From NCBI GenBank assembly GCA_004022145.1, contig RCNU01000003.1: a stretch of 64,000 nt of DNA; one strand, written 5' to 3'. The position numbers were made by a program, and so were the translations under genes. Of the stretch, positions 1 to 13,700 are shown one piece after another (position 1 is the stretch's first letter; each line of letters begins with the position of its first letter). The stretch comes from Paecilomyces variotii. Its lineage: Eukaryota. The notes beneath the pieces were generated by a model, which worked only from the letters and a program-made list of their open reading frames with translations, was not told where the DNA came from and ran no database searches.

Positions 1-168
1 GCGAGGACTCTCATGGACCGCCGCAAGCGCTGGCGCGACTGCATCGGTCCTGTTTTCAAGGACAGCAAAACGACTGTTCCGAGCAAGGACGAAACCGTCT
101 TCGACCCCGCAGTCATGGCGGAACTCGAAAAGGCCGAGCTGGAAGGTTGGGACGAGGAGCAGGAGTAA
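1..168 (+). CDS. ngg1: 3' end (partial) of SAGA/ADA subunit Ada3/Ngg1
   Basis: Frame 1 reads ARTLMDRRKRWRDCIGPVFKDSKTTVPSKDETVFDPAVMAELEKAELEGWDEEQE* (TAA 166-168), resembling the C-terminus of Eurotiales Ngg1/Ada3. The gene is truncated by the window edge. Confidence 0.6.
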   Translation, partial: ARTLMDRRKRWRDCIGPVFKDSKTTVPSKDETVFDPAVMAELEKAELEGWDEEQE

Positions 169-616
169 AACTGCCCCTAACATACGGCCTGTAGTCTGTA
201 TATACCTGTGACATCTTTTTTGAAACATCTGCATTATAAGGGTTTAATCGGTTCTTTATCAATGCTGCAGATAATGCATTCTGCCGGAAAGTTGTGGGTT
301 GGGTTCCCGGCATGATCATGGTTTACGGGCTGGCGTCACAGGGTGGTTTTTTTACCGTGGGGAAACAGGCTTTGCTTTGATGATATTAAATTCTATTCCG
401 CGGAATAAGAAATTGCGTTCTCTCTCGTTTTTTTCTGATAATCTTCGACGTTAGTATTCTCAGTATACGTAGGTAGTATAAGATTTTCACATTCCCCAAC
501 GCCCAACCGCTATAATGGATTAATAAAGATCCCCAAATCATTTCCTATATCCCGTTTTGCCGTCCCAAATACTCATACTATTAACCTCCAGTATATATGT
601 CTAGTCATCATCGTCA

Positions 617-2464
617 TCATCGATGAATAATCTGCACCTCACCAGGATACCTCTTCAACCTCGACATCAATTCCTTCTCACTGATCTCCAACTCCGTACA
701 GATCTGATCGAAACAATGCACACCATCCAAATACTTGGATAGCGTCCGATCATCAATATCATCCTCATCGTCCTCGTCCTCGTTACTTCGAGAATACATC
801 GCAGGAGAGGCGGAGCGCGGATGACCACCTGTTCGCGAGAGTGATGAAGGAATACTATCGTTGTGGATGTGGGTGGTATCGTTGCTTTGGATACTTGATG
901 AAAAGGCCGCTGCGGCAGTGAACGAGTCAGCAGGGACGCTGGATGCGTTGGAGCTGATTCCGCCGTGGAGGGAGACTGTTGCGGGGGTAGTGGTGGTTGC
1001 GGTATTGTGTGGTGCAGCGGGTGCAGGGAGGCCTGTTGCGTAGGCGTATTTGTGAACACGGTATAAGAAGCCCTTGATGATGCCGAAAGTGATGAAGCGT
1101 CGGACGTCGATGTTGGCGAGTTGTTGGCTGTGTTGGGCGTACCATTGTTTCACGCTCTGGCCTTGTTGCAGACTGGCGTATAGCTCGACGATGCCGACGC
1201 CGTCGACGATCTCTCGGAGGCTACTATTGTTGTTGCTGTTGATGCTTGTGCTGCCTTTGCTGAGACCATCGCTGCCGCCGACGGAGGGCCAGATGTCGTC
1301 GTCGTCGTCATGGCGATAGACGCTGGCGTAGGTCGCTGGGATGTCGCTTCGATGGCTAGATGCGGCGGCTCCAGGGGCGGTGCTCATGGATGGTGATTGC
1401 AGGCTAAATGGCGACGGGGCGAAACGGGTGTTGACGTAGCGTGCGCATTCTCGCTGCATGTCCTCGTCTATGGCGATTGTTGAGCTGAATTGAGCTGTGG
1501 GAGCGTATATGGCTGAGAAGGAGAATATGTCCAAGAGGAGAATACAGCCGTAGTAGAGGAGGTGACGGATGGCGCGGCAGGTCAGGGAGAATTCGGCGTC
1601 TGCGAGAATCGAAATGATGCGTATGCTGTTGACGCCGTTGATATGGGGAACGATCTGGGTCTGTCTGTCAGTATAGGTCGTTCAGCACGAGAGATAAATG
1701 AGTGGGCGCACCCTTTGCAAGGTAAGATCCCAGTTTTCATCCATAAATGTCTGATATCGGACCGTGAACAGCGGGACCTGCCATGCCTTGACATGCGGAG
1801 GAGCTGGGTAGATAGGAAATAGTTTGATGTTCAGAGTATTCAATTCATCTGGAAACAGTTAGCCAGCTTCGCCCTTCCACTAAAAAGATATACTCGGGAA
1901 GTGATAACTGAGCAAAAATACGTACCGATTGGAATCATGCACTCGCAATAATTATTCAAATCCTCCATCAACGTCTCACATAAACTATACACCTTCCCCT
2001 CTCCACTCTTCGAATGATCCCTCGACAAAAACCCGCTCTGCTCCTCCAAACCATGCATCAGATCCGCCAATTTCTGCACTACGCTCTTGTACGTCGTGAA
2101 GTCCTCCTCCTCAGCCAGGACGATGCAGAAGTTGAAGATGAACTCGTTCCGGTCATACCGCGGAGACTTCATGCAGATCGGGTATCCCAGAATGCGATAC
2201 CCGCCGGTACATACTTGGAGCAAGTTGCCGCATAGTTCCTGACGAGGGATTACGAAGAAGGATATGTCGGCGAAGGTGAGGATGTGTTGCGTCGGAGCGG
2301 TCGCGGAGGGGACGATCGCGCCATCGGGGACTTGGTGGACGACCTTGGGGCCTGAGGATGGTGTTAGCAGCGTGTCATATGGAATAAAGCTTGAAGTGGA
2401 GATTTATTTGAATTGGCTCACCCTCCTGCGTGTCGAATTTGCTGTAAAAGATAGCTTTGATCAT
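617..2464 (-). CDS. npr2: Nitrogen permease regulator 2 (SEACIT/GATOR1 subunit), multi-exon
   Basis: ATG at 2464 gives MIKAIFYSKFDTQEG, then an intron and PKVVHQVP. Later motifs are YRILGYPICMKSPRYDRNEFIFNFC, IDVRRFITFGIIKGFLYRVHKY and YLDGVHCFDQICTEL. Introns are canonical GT..AG. Confidence 0.93.
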
Positions 2465-3363
2465 GTTGGATCTGAGAGAGAGCTAGAGCTATCCGGCAAA
2501 GCAGAGATCATTGATAGCAGCATCCCAATGGCAAATATGCGGTGTTGACAGAGAAAGAATATTCAGAAATTAAAGTAATGAAGTTCATGACGCGCCAGAG
2601 GGCTCCATGGTGGAAGGCATACTAGGATCTGCCTGATTGCGCAGCCTGCGGTCAACGCGCAACCGAGATATCCAAATCGGCGTTGCGGGGAGTCGGCCGC
2701 TTAGGTATTTATCGATGGCCGCAAGACGACCGCTACTAAACCCCACATTGAACAAGATCATCCTCTCCAGAAGCAAAGAGCCAATAATATTCGTCACAAT
2801 ATATTATTAAGTATTTCGAAATGTAGAATTTATAAACTTAGGAATTCATAGCTTATCTACCATGGATGGATAGAATCTCCAGTTTGGTATTCATGTATTA
2901 TCTAGTTAGTAAACAGGGACAGGATTGTGACTTGCACATGTCAATGATAGCAAGGATAGCTAGCTACACATGAAGTGTGAACAGAATGGATTATGTTCTC
3001 AAGCAAAACACATTGCGCTGCAGTGTTGCTGGACGGAGTTGAACCGGTTGGACGTAGCGGAAGAACCACCTGGGTATTCAGTAAATTCGCTGCAACAGGA
3101 CAGGATGAGCAGATAGAATAGGAAATCTATATGCAGGCTAGACAGCGTCAGCTGCTTCGAAAGCACTTTCGCGGATTGAAAGACATGACAAAAGAATCTT
3201 GAAATAAACGCCGATGGGCCGATGGATGCCGGAACGCGCCATGAATGCATCACGAGAATTTCGCTCTGTAGCAAGCAATGATGGTAAGGAAAGATGATTT
3301 GGGAAGGAAATATATGCGAGGGTCATATGCGAAGGGGTATCGTATCAGGTAGGATGATGATGT

Positions 3364-4305
3364 CTATCTGGCAGCGCCAGATGGCTGGTTTGAAGGTCGA
3401 ATAGAGCGATTGGGAGGCGGAACGGTTGCCTGTGTAGATCGACTGCGCGGTTCTGCGACTGCTACTGGCGCCGTCACAGCAGGGCTGGTCTCGTCAGACG
3501 CTCGAAAGAGTGCAGCCCGACTTGACACAGAAGAGACAGCGGCGGCGGCACTGCCAGAACCAACGAACGGAGGGGCGTCCGATCTGCCGCGAATTGAATT
3601 GATCATGTCAGGGTAGCCTCCTCTTTCCACCGCTTCTTTCAGCCACTGTTCCCAGTCCTCGTCAAGTGGCACATTGGCACCTCGTTCACGCGCGGCTGTA
3701 GCAGCTAGAAGACGATGATTCAGCTCCACTCCGTAGCTCTCCACCTCTTCGTCGCTTGTTTCTTCTTCTTGTTCTTCATCACCTTCCGATCGGTAGGGTG
3801 TCAACCGTCTCTGGTCAGGTGTGACACTCTCTTGAGAGACCTCGGTTGCTGGTTCTTGTGTGCTGTGCAGCGCTGCGACATCCTCGGAGTGGATTTGAAC
3901 CGATGGTACTGGCGGCGGCGTCGCGACTCGGACGTTATCCGCTGTTGTGTCTCGAACTGTACAGTCTTCCTCTTTCTCATATCTTTCGCGCGCAGACTTG
4001 GTACCCTCCCATCGACATAACGAGGAGATCTCTGCTTCCGTGAGGCCCAGTTCGTCGAAGACCTTGAATAGCTTGCGATGCCACGGAAACCGGCCCAGTC
4101 GCATCCGATGAGGACCGTAGGAGTAGTCGAGACCCGGATATTGAGCTTCGATGCAATCTAGCGAACCGTAGAAGGTCGATGTCTCAACCCGAACTTCAGG
4201 TACCAAATTCCGTGTAATATGGGCGGAGAACGAGGCCGGATCACTCGTACGAGGTCGCGGAAACGTTGCATTGTAGACGAGCTGAGCGAGAGATGGTTTA
4301 TGCAT
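3364..4305 (-). CDS. Hypothetical protein (fungal-type, acidic C-terminal half)
   Basis: Single-exon ORF from ATG 4305 (MHKPSLAQLVYNATFPRPRTSDP...EAQYPGLDYSYGPHRMRLGRFPWHRKLFKVFDELGLT...DEDWEQWLKEA). Composition is protein-like; function not recognised. Confidence 0.75.
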   Translation of the reverse strand: MHKPSLAQLVYNATFPRPRTSDPASFSAHITRNLVPEVRVETSTFYGSLDCIEAQYPGLDYSYGPHRMRLGRFPWHRKLFKVFDELGLTEAEISSLCRWEGTKSARERYEKEEDCTVRDTTADNVRVATPPPVPSVQIHSEDVAALHSTQEPATEVSQESVTPDQRRLTPYRSEGDEEQEEETSDEEVESYGVELNHRLLAATAARERGANVPLDEDWEQWLKEAVERGGYPDMINSIRGRSDAPPFVGSGSAAAAVSSVSSRAALFRASDETSPAVTAPVAVAEPRSRSTQATVPPPNRSIRPSNQPSGAAR

Positions 4306-6248
4306 GGTGGATAATCGAGCGCTACGGGATCTTGTATCCTGCAATTTCAGAAGAGAGAACAGTCCCAGTGTTGTTCGTGCAGCGGGTACTGCCGGCAAAT
4401 TCGAGTTCTGCGAGAACACGTCTCTCTGGCGTAAAGAAAGCGTGGTCAAGGCAATGGAAGTTGTATAGAGAGCGGAACGGGGAGAAGCCAGGCTGCGACC
4501 GCAAGCATCAAGGGGTTCTGCTTTTAAGTTAAGGACGGGTTCAAGCAAGCTAGGTTAGCCGATCTTCCCTCGCCTTGCAGAGGGATGTTAGGACGATAGC
4601 AATTGCACAAAGAGGCGTCACCACTAGACGGCAGGCAGGCAATGGTTCGAGTCTAGGGTTCCGCGCTTCCATTAACCAGATACGATATAAGGGATGTGAA
4701 CCAAGGAGCGGAGAGTCAGAAGAACGGGCAGACTGTAGGCACTAGGCGTCTCGCCAGTGGGGCGCCACGGAGTGAAGCGCGTGCTGTTCACTGGAAATCG
4801 TACGCAGTTCCTGAAAGTCTAATGATGTATCGCCCCGTCATGAAAGTTGATTCTGGTGTTTGCGGCAAAAGACCGTGTTGGCGAAACTAAGTAAGGGTAG
4901 GCTGAGTCCCACTGGGAGCGGCCGGGGGAGGGCTTCTTATTATATCCTCGTGAGTCGGAGGACGTGGAGACTCGAATTTGGTTCGAAACTGCCAGAGATC
5001 TGAGATTGGCGCCCCCTGGTACAATAATATTCAATCGATAGTATCAATGCTTGGGGGATCTTCGCGAGTGTGACAGCAGCTGGTGGACCTCGAACGCTGG
5101 ACAAGACAGGCAAGGATGTGAGACGGCAAGGCGTTTAGCTCCAGGAACACTTCCTTTCGCACCGGTTGGTTAGCGTTTCGTCTGGGATGACTGTCGCTGC
5201 TTCGTTCCATGTGTAAGAATAGTAATAATAATAAAAATCATCATCATAGCCAGTAGTTACCTGTAGAATCTCTTCTCTCAATGCTGCCTATTCCCTCAAA
5301 AATCTACCGTACACGCGATCGCTGCGCTGTCCAAACGACTAAGCTGGTGGTGGCCCAAACTTCGGGCTGGTCGCTGAGTTGGAGAATCCGAGACGAGACA
5401 AGGCGACTCAACTGCGCATCGTGGTGAAGGGAGATTGTTCAGAACAGAAGAGCGAATGGCCCAGCGGACAAGGACGCAGAGAAAGAAACAACAAGCAGCG
5501 ACGCAGGGTCTTTTTAAGGCACCGGGTGGGCAGGACGATGTGAGCTCAGTGGCCACAACTACGAGCAAGTGACCAACACAGCGTGCTGCGGGCAGTGACA
5601 AGTTACATCTTCTTTTCTTTTTGTTTTTTCGCTCGTCTTTCTGCAGGGCTGGGGTGGAGAGTGTTGGACATGCAGACAAGCAGACGGTGAAGCCGCCGGC
5701 TAATCACAGCGACACGGCCACTTGGTCGCCAGCACTGCTGCAGTGTATCCCGCCTATCCTGACCCTGCAAGCTGTAGTAACTTCGTCCACGCCCTCATCG
5801 TGGAGCCTCCATGGTGGCCGACAACGGTCTTCAGCGTCAATGGTCTCGCGCTGAGAACCCGACCTGGGAAAACGCCCTGGAAAAAGGATCGGTGACCTGT
5901 AAGCTGGAGGAGCCTCGTGTCCACCAATCCATCTGCTGTTCGAGCCTTCACTGGCTGCTCTCTGATCGTCGAGAAAATAATAAGACAGGACTCATTGGTC
6001 CTCTGCTCTGCTTTTTTTGCCTTCTGGAATTGATTGCTTAATTGCTTGATTAATTAATCGATAATTCGTTCGCCATCTGCGAGATCTATGAGTCACGTGG
6101 CACCCTGCGATCTCGCCCGGCGAAAAAGCCGTGGGACTTCTTTACAGGCTGGCCATCGAGCTGCAAAAGCCACTCATCCAGCCCAGAGTCATCCTCATGG
6201 CCATGGTCCCGACCAGCGCGCCTGTAGATCCGATGCGTCGACGTCAGG

Positions 6249-9181
6249 ATGTCAACCTTCGATGGCATCGTTGAAGGTATGATCCGGCCAGGAACGCCAT
6301 ACATCCGTAGTGGACTAACAACGACCCGTCAGAGTTCCCTTTTATCAGAAGTATGTCTTTGTATCTGCGTCGAGTTTCGATATGGTAGCTAAGAATCAAA
6401 GTCGATTATTTCCGCAAGAATCCAGATAGACCATCCCCGTTGGCATGCTTTCTGAGCCATGTCCATAGCGATCATCTCCAGGGACTGGAGTCCTTGCGGT
6501 CTCCGTTTATCTACTGCTCAGCGGCTACCAGAGAGGTATATTCTTTGTCCCGTTTATTTAATCTAGATGCAATCATGTTGTCGTGCTGGAATAGGTCCAT
6601 ACCGTCTCTGACGCCTTGGTGTCTGATGAAGAACCACCGTTATCATCCCCTTGGTTGGTTGGATTTTATTGCTAACTGATATTCCATAAAGTTACTTCTT
6701 CGTATCGAGAAATATCCTCACCGCATGAACTTTAGCAAGGGCATTCTGGAGTCCCGGAAACAGCACTACAATCACTTAGCGAAACTGCTGGTGAGTTGGC
6801 ACGCCGGAGAGAATGGCCGCATGTGCTAAACTAGTAAAGCGACCTATTCCATTGAATACGCCAACGGAAATCGAGTTGACGCCTAGGTTACGAATCCGAG
6901 TTACTCTGCTGGATGCAAACCATTGTCTAGGGGCGGTGATGTTCCTCATCGAAGGCGACGGCAAAGCAGTTCTTTATACGGGCGATATTCGCGGTACGTC
7001 CTCCACTCCTGGTTACACCCTGTATTTCCCAGGCAACTGTAGCCAACTGTAAGAGTTGTTATTCAAAGCTAATTGAAATAGCTGAAACGTGGTGGGTCAA
7101 CAGTCTGATCAGGCACCCCGTGCTCATCCCGTATACTCTTGGAAACAAGCGGCTCAACAAGGTCTACCTCGACACGACCTTCGCTATCAAATCTGATGTT
7201 TACCGTAGCTTTCCATCCAAAGCGGAAGGCATTAAGGAACTCTTAGACAAGGTTTATGCGTATCCAGACGACACCGTCTTCTACCTGCGAGCCTGGACTT
7301 TTGGCTACGAAGATGTGTGGCTCGCGTTATCCGCGGCGCTCAATTCAAAGGTATGCTTCTACCGGCTTTCTAGAGCAACCCACTTAACTTCTATCAGATT
7401 CATGTGGACCGATACCAAAGAAGGCTTTACCAGTCACTTCATCCACGGAATGATGGAAAGGTCCCTGAGGCAGCTTTTCTTTGCGGATTTGAACTGGGAA
7501 ACAATTTCTCTCCAGGCTGTCTGACTGGTGATGAGAGTTGTCGGATCCATAGCTGCGAGCCAGGAATGTTCTGTCCCGTGATCGCTTCTGGAAGAGCGGT
7601 CTATATCACACCAATAGTTACCCGAAGTGACGATGTAGAAGTGCCCGAGGTGGGCGCTGGCGGCGGTGGAGGGGATCTATACCAAAGCCACGAACTAGAG
7701 CTGCCAGATGAATCATCTGTTGAGCAGCTCGAGAAATTATGCCTGCAGCATATACATGACCCTAATATTCTCACGCGGACAAAGGGAGCTCTAATCGAAG
7801 CTTTCAGGTCAAAGAAGAAAACTTTATCACTCGATAGGTATGGACTCAAGGATGAGAATGACATTTCGCTCCAAAGACTTGTCGATGTCCTCAGCCGTGG
7901 CCAGTCACTTGATACCACAGGTAGTAACCAATATGAGGATAAAGAAAGGGCTGCTGGTGGCCGTACAGAATCAAAGCGTCAGCTACCCAGAAAAATAGTA
8001 AGTATAGTCAGGATCCGGCCATAGCAGTCAAAGAGATCAAAGCATTACTAACAACGAACCAGACGTTTCCTTATTCACGGCATTCTTCATACGCAGAGCT
8101 GTGTGAGTTGATTGCAGCCTTCAGGCCAAAAGACATTTATCCATGCACGGTTGACCCTGAAACCTGGAGCGAGGACGTCTCTATGGCGAGACTATTTGGC
8201 CACCTGTGTTCCGGAGATATCTTCTCGCATGATGAGTACATGTACAAATTCCTATCAGAACAGCAACGACCACAACAGCAGATGCAGGATATTAGCTCAT
8301 CTACGCAACCGAGCCAGCAGTCCAGCGAGCAGTCAAGCCAAATATCCCACGCGCTCTTTTCTCAACCTGCAACGGGTCCTACTGAACATGACAGAGTTCC
8401 AAAGACACACACCCGCCAACTTCCTACGGGACCGTCTTCAGATTCATCTCACACCCGGAATGATGCCCAACCCTCAAATTCAACCACCACCTCTCTACAG
8501 AAAAGCGCAGCCCCAACATCAGAGCATCACAGTCCCAGCATGAACCACGAACCTCCCCCTATCCCCGAACGAACCGAAAAAGCCCGCAAACATCGCAACA
8601 GCATCCGGCGGACGTGGTACAAGATCGAAGAACTTCGAAGACAAGGGAAATGGCACTTTCACAACGAACCTCTTCCCACCTGGTGGCCAACAGAGGAAGA
8701 AGATCTATATCACGCTGAAGAACCATCGTCAGATGAGGCCTCAGACGTCTCGGATCCTGATACCCCTTTTCTAGTCACAGAGGACCCATCTATAACCGAT
8801 GTAAATAACATCGCACCTATCGACCCTATCGACACAGACGTAGATGCAGATGCAGATGCAGATCTTCCATATTCTCAAACAAGCACTCTCTCCATCTCCC
8901 TCTCCATGTCCATGTCCGAATCAGCCTTCGATTCTCAAGAACAACCACCACCACCTCCTCCACCACCAGACAGCACTCCCCAGACCACACCCAATATCAA
9001 CGATAGCAACAACAACAGAATCACCAACGGCAGCAACGGGAATAACAAACGCAAACGCCTCCCTGACCCTTCAATCCGTAACCGGATCCGTGCATACCAC
9101 GCCGCACGAAGCGGGAGCTGGAGCGATGTATCGTTGCTATCTGCGGGGAATAATCATACGGAGGAGGAACAAGAGCTTTAG
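6249..9181 (+). CDS. Artemis/SNM1-family metallo-beta-lactamase beta-CASP nuclease, multi-exon
   Basis: [21 protein letters not shown] across short exons. HxHxDH motif ([13 protein letters not shown]), [25 protein letters not shown] and FPYSRHSSY (beta-CASP His), followed by a long low-complexity C-terminal tail. Confidence 0.9.
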
Positions 9182-9544
9182 TCTATTTCAGTTCAGTCTG
9201 ATTCTGGTTTCTTGAAGAGTGTTCTATTTTAGAACTTGTGCATTACACTACTTGGTTATGGATATGTAACTAGACGCTTAGCTCAGGACGGACGGATTAT
9301 ACATGCTAACTACCTAACTAGTTAATAATTGGAAAATGACAAAAACTATGATAATGAAAATAGAATTGAATTGACCGAGACTTTTTATCCCGTCAGTATG
9401 TATATAAGCATACTATACTATACTAGAGTGACAAAAACAGGTTGTGTGAATCATGTCTTCTTGTTCTGTCCCTTCCCCCTTGGGGCCCCTTTTTAGCAAA
9501 AACAATCAACCAACCCTTCCGAAATTAACATAGCTCCTCCATCA

Positions 9545-12500
9545 TCAATACACATAATACTGCTGCGTAAGAGGCAACGAAGACGCCGGTTCCGCTTCAC
9601 AGAGCATGCCGTCCGCTTCAACGGTCTGGTGAAAAAAAAGTCAGCGCGGTTCTTTAACATCCCCTTCAAACGAACTAACTCCCAGATGAAGAAATAAAAG
9701 TTCAGGGTAACTATAGTATGGGGTGAATCTTACATATCTCTCTGGATCAACCTTCATTTTTGGCATTGTATCGTTATATTTCATATCTTTCTTGCTAATG
9801 TCTCTGCAGTTCTTGACGGCTTCGACGCGTTTCTTCAGGTGGTATGATTCTATGATGCCGAGATCGATGGAGGCTTGAGAGACGAACATGATGGATGTGC
9901 TGGGGAGGAGGGCCTGTTTATTCATGAGTTAGGAATATATTGTGTTGTATTGTATTGCAGGTTGTATTGGTTGTTAGAATTGGGTGAAATGGAAGTGTGC
10001 AAACTTACTCCGAATTGTGGTCTCATGATAATTGGCTCGACGGTCGGGATGGATGCGTTGGGATCGCCCTGCAATTAATTCTTTTTAGTTTCTGTGCCAA
10101 AGAAAATATATAAAAAAGAGGTATGAGGGTTAAGTGGCTGTGTTGAAATATAGCTATACATACCATCTGCGCGACTGCAATCATTCCACTCTTCAAGACC
10201 ATAGCAGGCTTAGTTCCAAATGTGCTCGGGTTCCACACCACCAGGTCGGCCACCTTGCCTACTTCGACACTTCCGATGACATGGGACATGCCCTGCGCGA
10301 TGGCTGGGTTGATGGTGTACTTGCTGATGTACCTCTTGACGCGGAAGTTGTCCGCGCCGGTCCCCTCGTCTTCCTTCAGCGGACCGCGTTGGACCTTGTT
10401 CTTGTGGGCTGTGTTCCAAGTTCGTAGGATAACTTCACCGCAGCGACCCATGGCCTGCGAGTCAGAGGACATCATGCTGATGGCACCGAGGTCGTGGAGC
10501 ACGTCTTCCGCAGCGATTGTCTCGGCGCGGATGCGACTTTCGGCGAAAGCGACATCTTCGGGAATATTCTTCGACAGATGGTGGCAGACCATCAACATAT
10601 CGAGATGCTCATCAAGCGTGTTCAAAGTGAAAGGACGAGTGGGGTTTGTGCTACTGGGAAGTACATTCGGGTGTTCCACGACAGATATAATGTCGGGGGC
10701 GTGTCCTCCACCAGCGCCTTCTGTGTGGTAAGTGTGGATCGTACGGTTCTTGAAAGACTTGATGGTTTGCTCCACGAACCCGGACTCGTTCAAAGTATCC
10801 GTGTGAATCATGCACTGGACGTCGTATTTCTCGCAGACGTCGAGACAGGTATCAATGGCCGCAGGAGTAGAGCCCCAGTCTTCGTGTAGTTTCAGTCCAG
10901 CCGCACCAGCACGACACTGCTCCTCGATACTGATCTTTCCGCTGTCGTTGCCTTTTCCGGTGATACCAATGTTCATTGGTAGGTTGTCGCATGCTTGGAT
11001 CATTTGACGCATATGGACGGGCCCTGGCGTGCAAGTGGTGGCATTCGAACCGGTGCTTGGGCCGGTTCCACCTCCCAGCATCGTCGTAATACCAGAGGAA
11101 AGCGCTTCATCCACCTGCTGAGGGCAAATAAAGTGGATATGCGTGTCGAAACCACCAGCAGTCACGATCTTGTTCTCTCCAGCAATAACATCGGTAGAGG
11201 AACCAACAATCAAACCAGGATGGACGCCGTCCATTGTATCAGGATTTCCAGCCTTGCCAATACCCACGATATTGCCATCCTTTATTCCGATATCAGCCTT
11301 ATAGATTCCGGACCAGTCGACAATCACTGCATTGGTAATGACGGTGTCTGGACATTCGACCGCAGATCTTCCCGTTGCCTGGCCCATTCCTTCTCGCAGA
11401 GTCTTGCCTCCGCCAAATGTGCACTCATCACCGTAGACTGTATGGTCCTCTTCGATTTTGATCCAAAGGTCAGTAGATCCCAGTCTGATCAAGTCTCCCG
11501 TAGTGGGGCCGAACATGCGTGCATATGCTTCGCGCTCCATAGAGAACGGTTCAATCAACGAGCTGTCGGCAGTAGGGTCAGGAACATGTGCAAAACCCTC
11601 CGACTGGAGGCGCTTCACGATCTCATCGGCTCGGCCCAGGTCGATCTGCCCTGACGCTAGGAAATTTCCACCGCAGATGATCTTGTTTCCGCCGATTTCC
11701 ACCAGCGTCACGGTCTTGGTGTCTCCGGGCTCAAAACGGACCGAAGTACCAGCTGGTATATCCAGCCTATATCCATAGGCCTTGATCCGGTCAAAGTGTA
11801 GTTCTGGATTGGTCTCAATGAAGTGGAAATGGGATCCAACCTGAATCGGTCGGTCTCCCTTACTCATAACCTTCAGTTTAATCCTCTTCCTTCCCTCGTT
11901 CAAGACCACCCTCTTATTCTTCACCGGAATCACAGCACCCGGCATCTTTTCCGGCTCATAATCACTAGGATCGATATCCGGAAACGCTTCCTTTGGAGGA
12001 ATTGGCAGAAAGCTACCATACAGCGCCTTTTCCAGATCCCCGTCATCAGTGCTGATGGGATGGTGCACCGTGACTAGATACGTTCCCGTGGTGAATGTGC
12101 CTTCGACCTGGAGCTCAACCAGAGAAGACACGACTGAGGGAAGAACGTGGCGGCGACCAAGCATGGTCTTTCCTGTGGACATTAGGTCTGCGACGGTATG
12201 GTTTCCATCGCGGATAAGCTAGAAGTTTTTAGTGGATCTCCTATTCATTTCTATCATGGGATATAGCATGCATAGGGAAGGAGAAGAGAGCTTTACCTCC
12301 TGTAGATTGGCAGAAATCAAAGCCTACTTGATAATCAGCACATCCATCATATCATATGAGAGTTTGCGGTTTGGTACGGGGATCTGGAATACACCCCGAT
12401 AAGACTGGAGAATCACATACGGTAGCTTCAGCATGATTCAGTCGAACACCGCGTGCCAGACGACGTTGTGCCAGAAATCCCAGCTGGGTGATGACGAGCT

Positions 12501-12700
12501 TGTCAAGCTAGACGGTTGCAGTGTTGGTTAGTCTCATCTATCTCACATAGCAAGCCATATCAACTCCATTCATAGCAGGCATCTAGCGATGACTCAGGAG
12601 TGCAAGACGACGATTCAATTCGCCGGCCATTGAGCCCAATCCGTTTCTCACACGGTCACTAGTAATCATAGAGACGTACCTCTTTCGGAATAAGCTGCAT
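9545..12700 (-). CDS. ure1: Urease (single-chain eukaryotic, nickel-dependent), multi-exon
   Basis: Starts [36 protein letters not shown]. Contains [47 protein letters not shown] and SSDSQAMGR; ends [10 protein letters not shown]. Confidence 0.98.
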
Positions 12701-12776
12701 CGTGAACGTTTCTAAAACGCACAGAGCTCTGTGATCTAGACGTTTTCAGAACGACACGGACCGCCAGACTGGATGC

Positions 12777-13002
12777 TGATAAGCGCCCGGAGTGATGATT
12801 GTACCGCAGCCTCAATGCGGGGAGAAGGAAGGAGATATAAGATGGAAAGAAAGAAGAGAGGTGTTAGATGCAAGGTATCAAGTCATCCCGCAACTTAGGC
12901 TCAAACCTGGGGTCGAAGCATCAGGAAAATTGGCCAGCCGCGATGGATTTGATTATCGGCGTGGATGGTGGGGTAACTAACTAAATGCTGGGGAGCTGAT
13001 AA
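12777..13002. promoter_or_regulatory. Cluster of GATA (AreA-type HGATAR) sites upstream of urease
   Basis: TGATAA 12777-12782, TTATCG 12953-12958 and TGATAA 12997-13002, within about 300 bp of the urease ATG. Confidence 0.5.
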
Positions 13003-13700
13003 GGTCCGCGGGCCGTCGCCGGATCCCGACGACAATTAGGTATATATCTATTCCTCTATATTATTGCAAGTTTATATTATTATGTTATTCCAAGACAAAT
13101 AGCAATAGTCGATATGCTACTAATTATATAAATTATGACTAGCAACGCGACTGCGATCTTCGCGTTTCCGCGCTTTAATGGCCCCGCACGCTAACTAAGT
13201 ACGTAGTTTCTGCTGGGGCATCGTCAGACAATGCAATCAGAAAACAGCAGAAAAGTCAGCTCGCGCATTCTACCATTGAATTGTGTATGTCATAAGACAG
13301 TCCTACAATATCCGAGGAACGTTAAGTCCTGCGACTACAGGGAACTACGTAGTCGATAAAAGAGTTAGTTAACTACGGGATTCAATTCGTCAGCAATGCT
13401 TTTTTGCATTCGCGTTACCCAACCTAGCAAACAACTGTATACCAGACAAAACGCTTGAGACAAAACCCCCGTAAAACGCTGCAGATGGTCCAATCCAGAT
13501 TCACTGACAACTTCGTGCAGAAAAGCGAAAAGACGCCCAAGACCGTCCGAGCCCACCGAGATCAGCTTTTCAAGATCATCGCCCGCAACATATAAACACA
13601 ACTCCCCAAGGGGACAGGACGGGTCATATTTCTAAGACACCCGTAGACAAACACGCCGGAAAGAGACAAGAATATACAGATCACATAGACCAGCTATGGC

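Noticed and set aside
4643-4656. GGTTCGA T-loop-like words here and near 47479
   Set aside because: No cloverleaf stems or A box, so not tRNAs.
6590-6680. CTGA-hairpin-TGATGA in intron 3 of the Artemis-like gene
   Set aside because: Lacks a convincing box C, a terminal box D away from the branch point, and an identifiable target.
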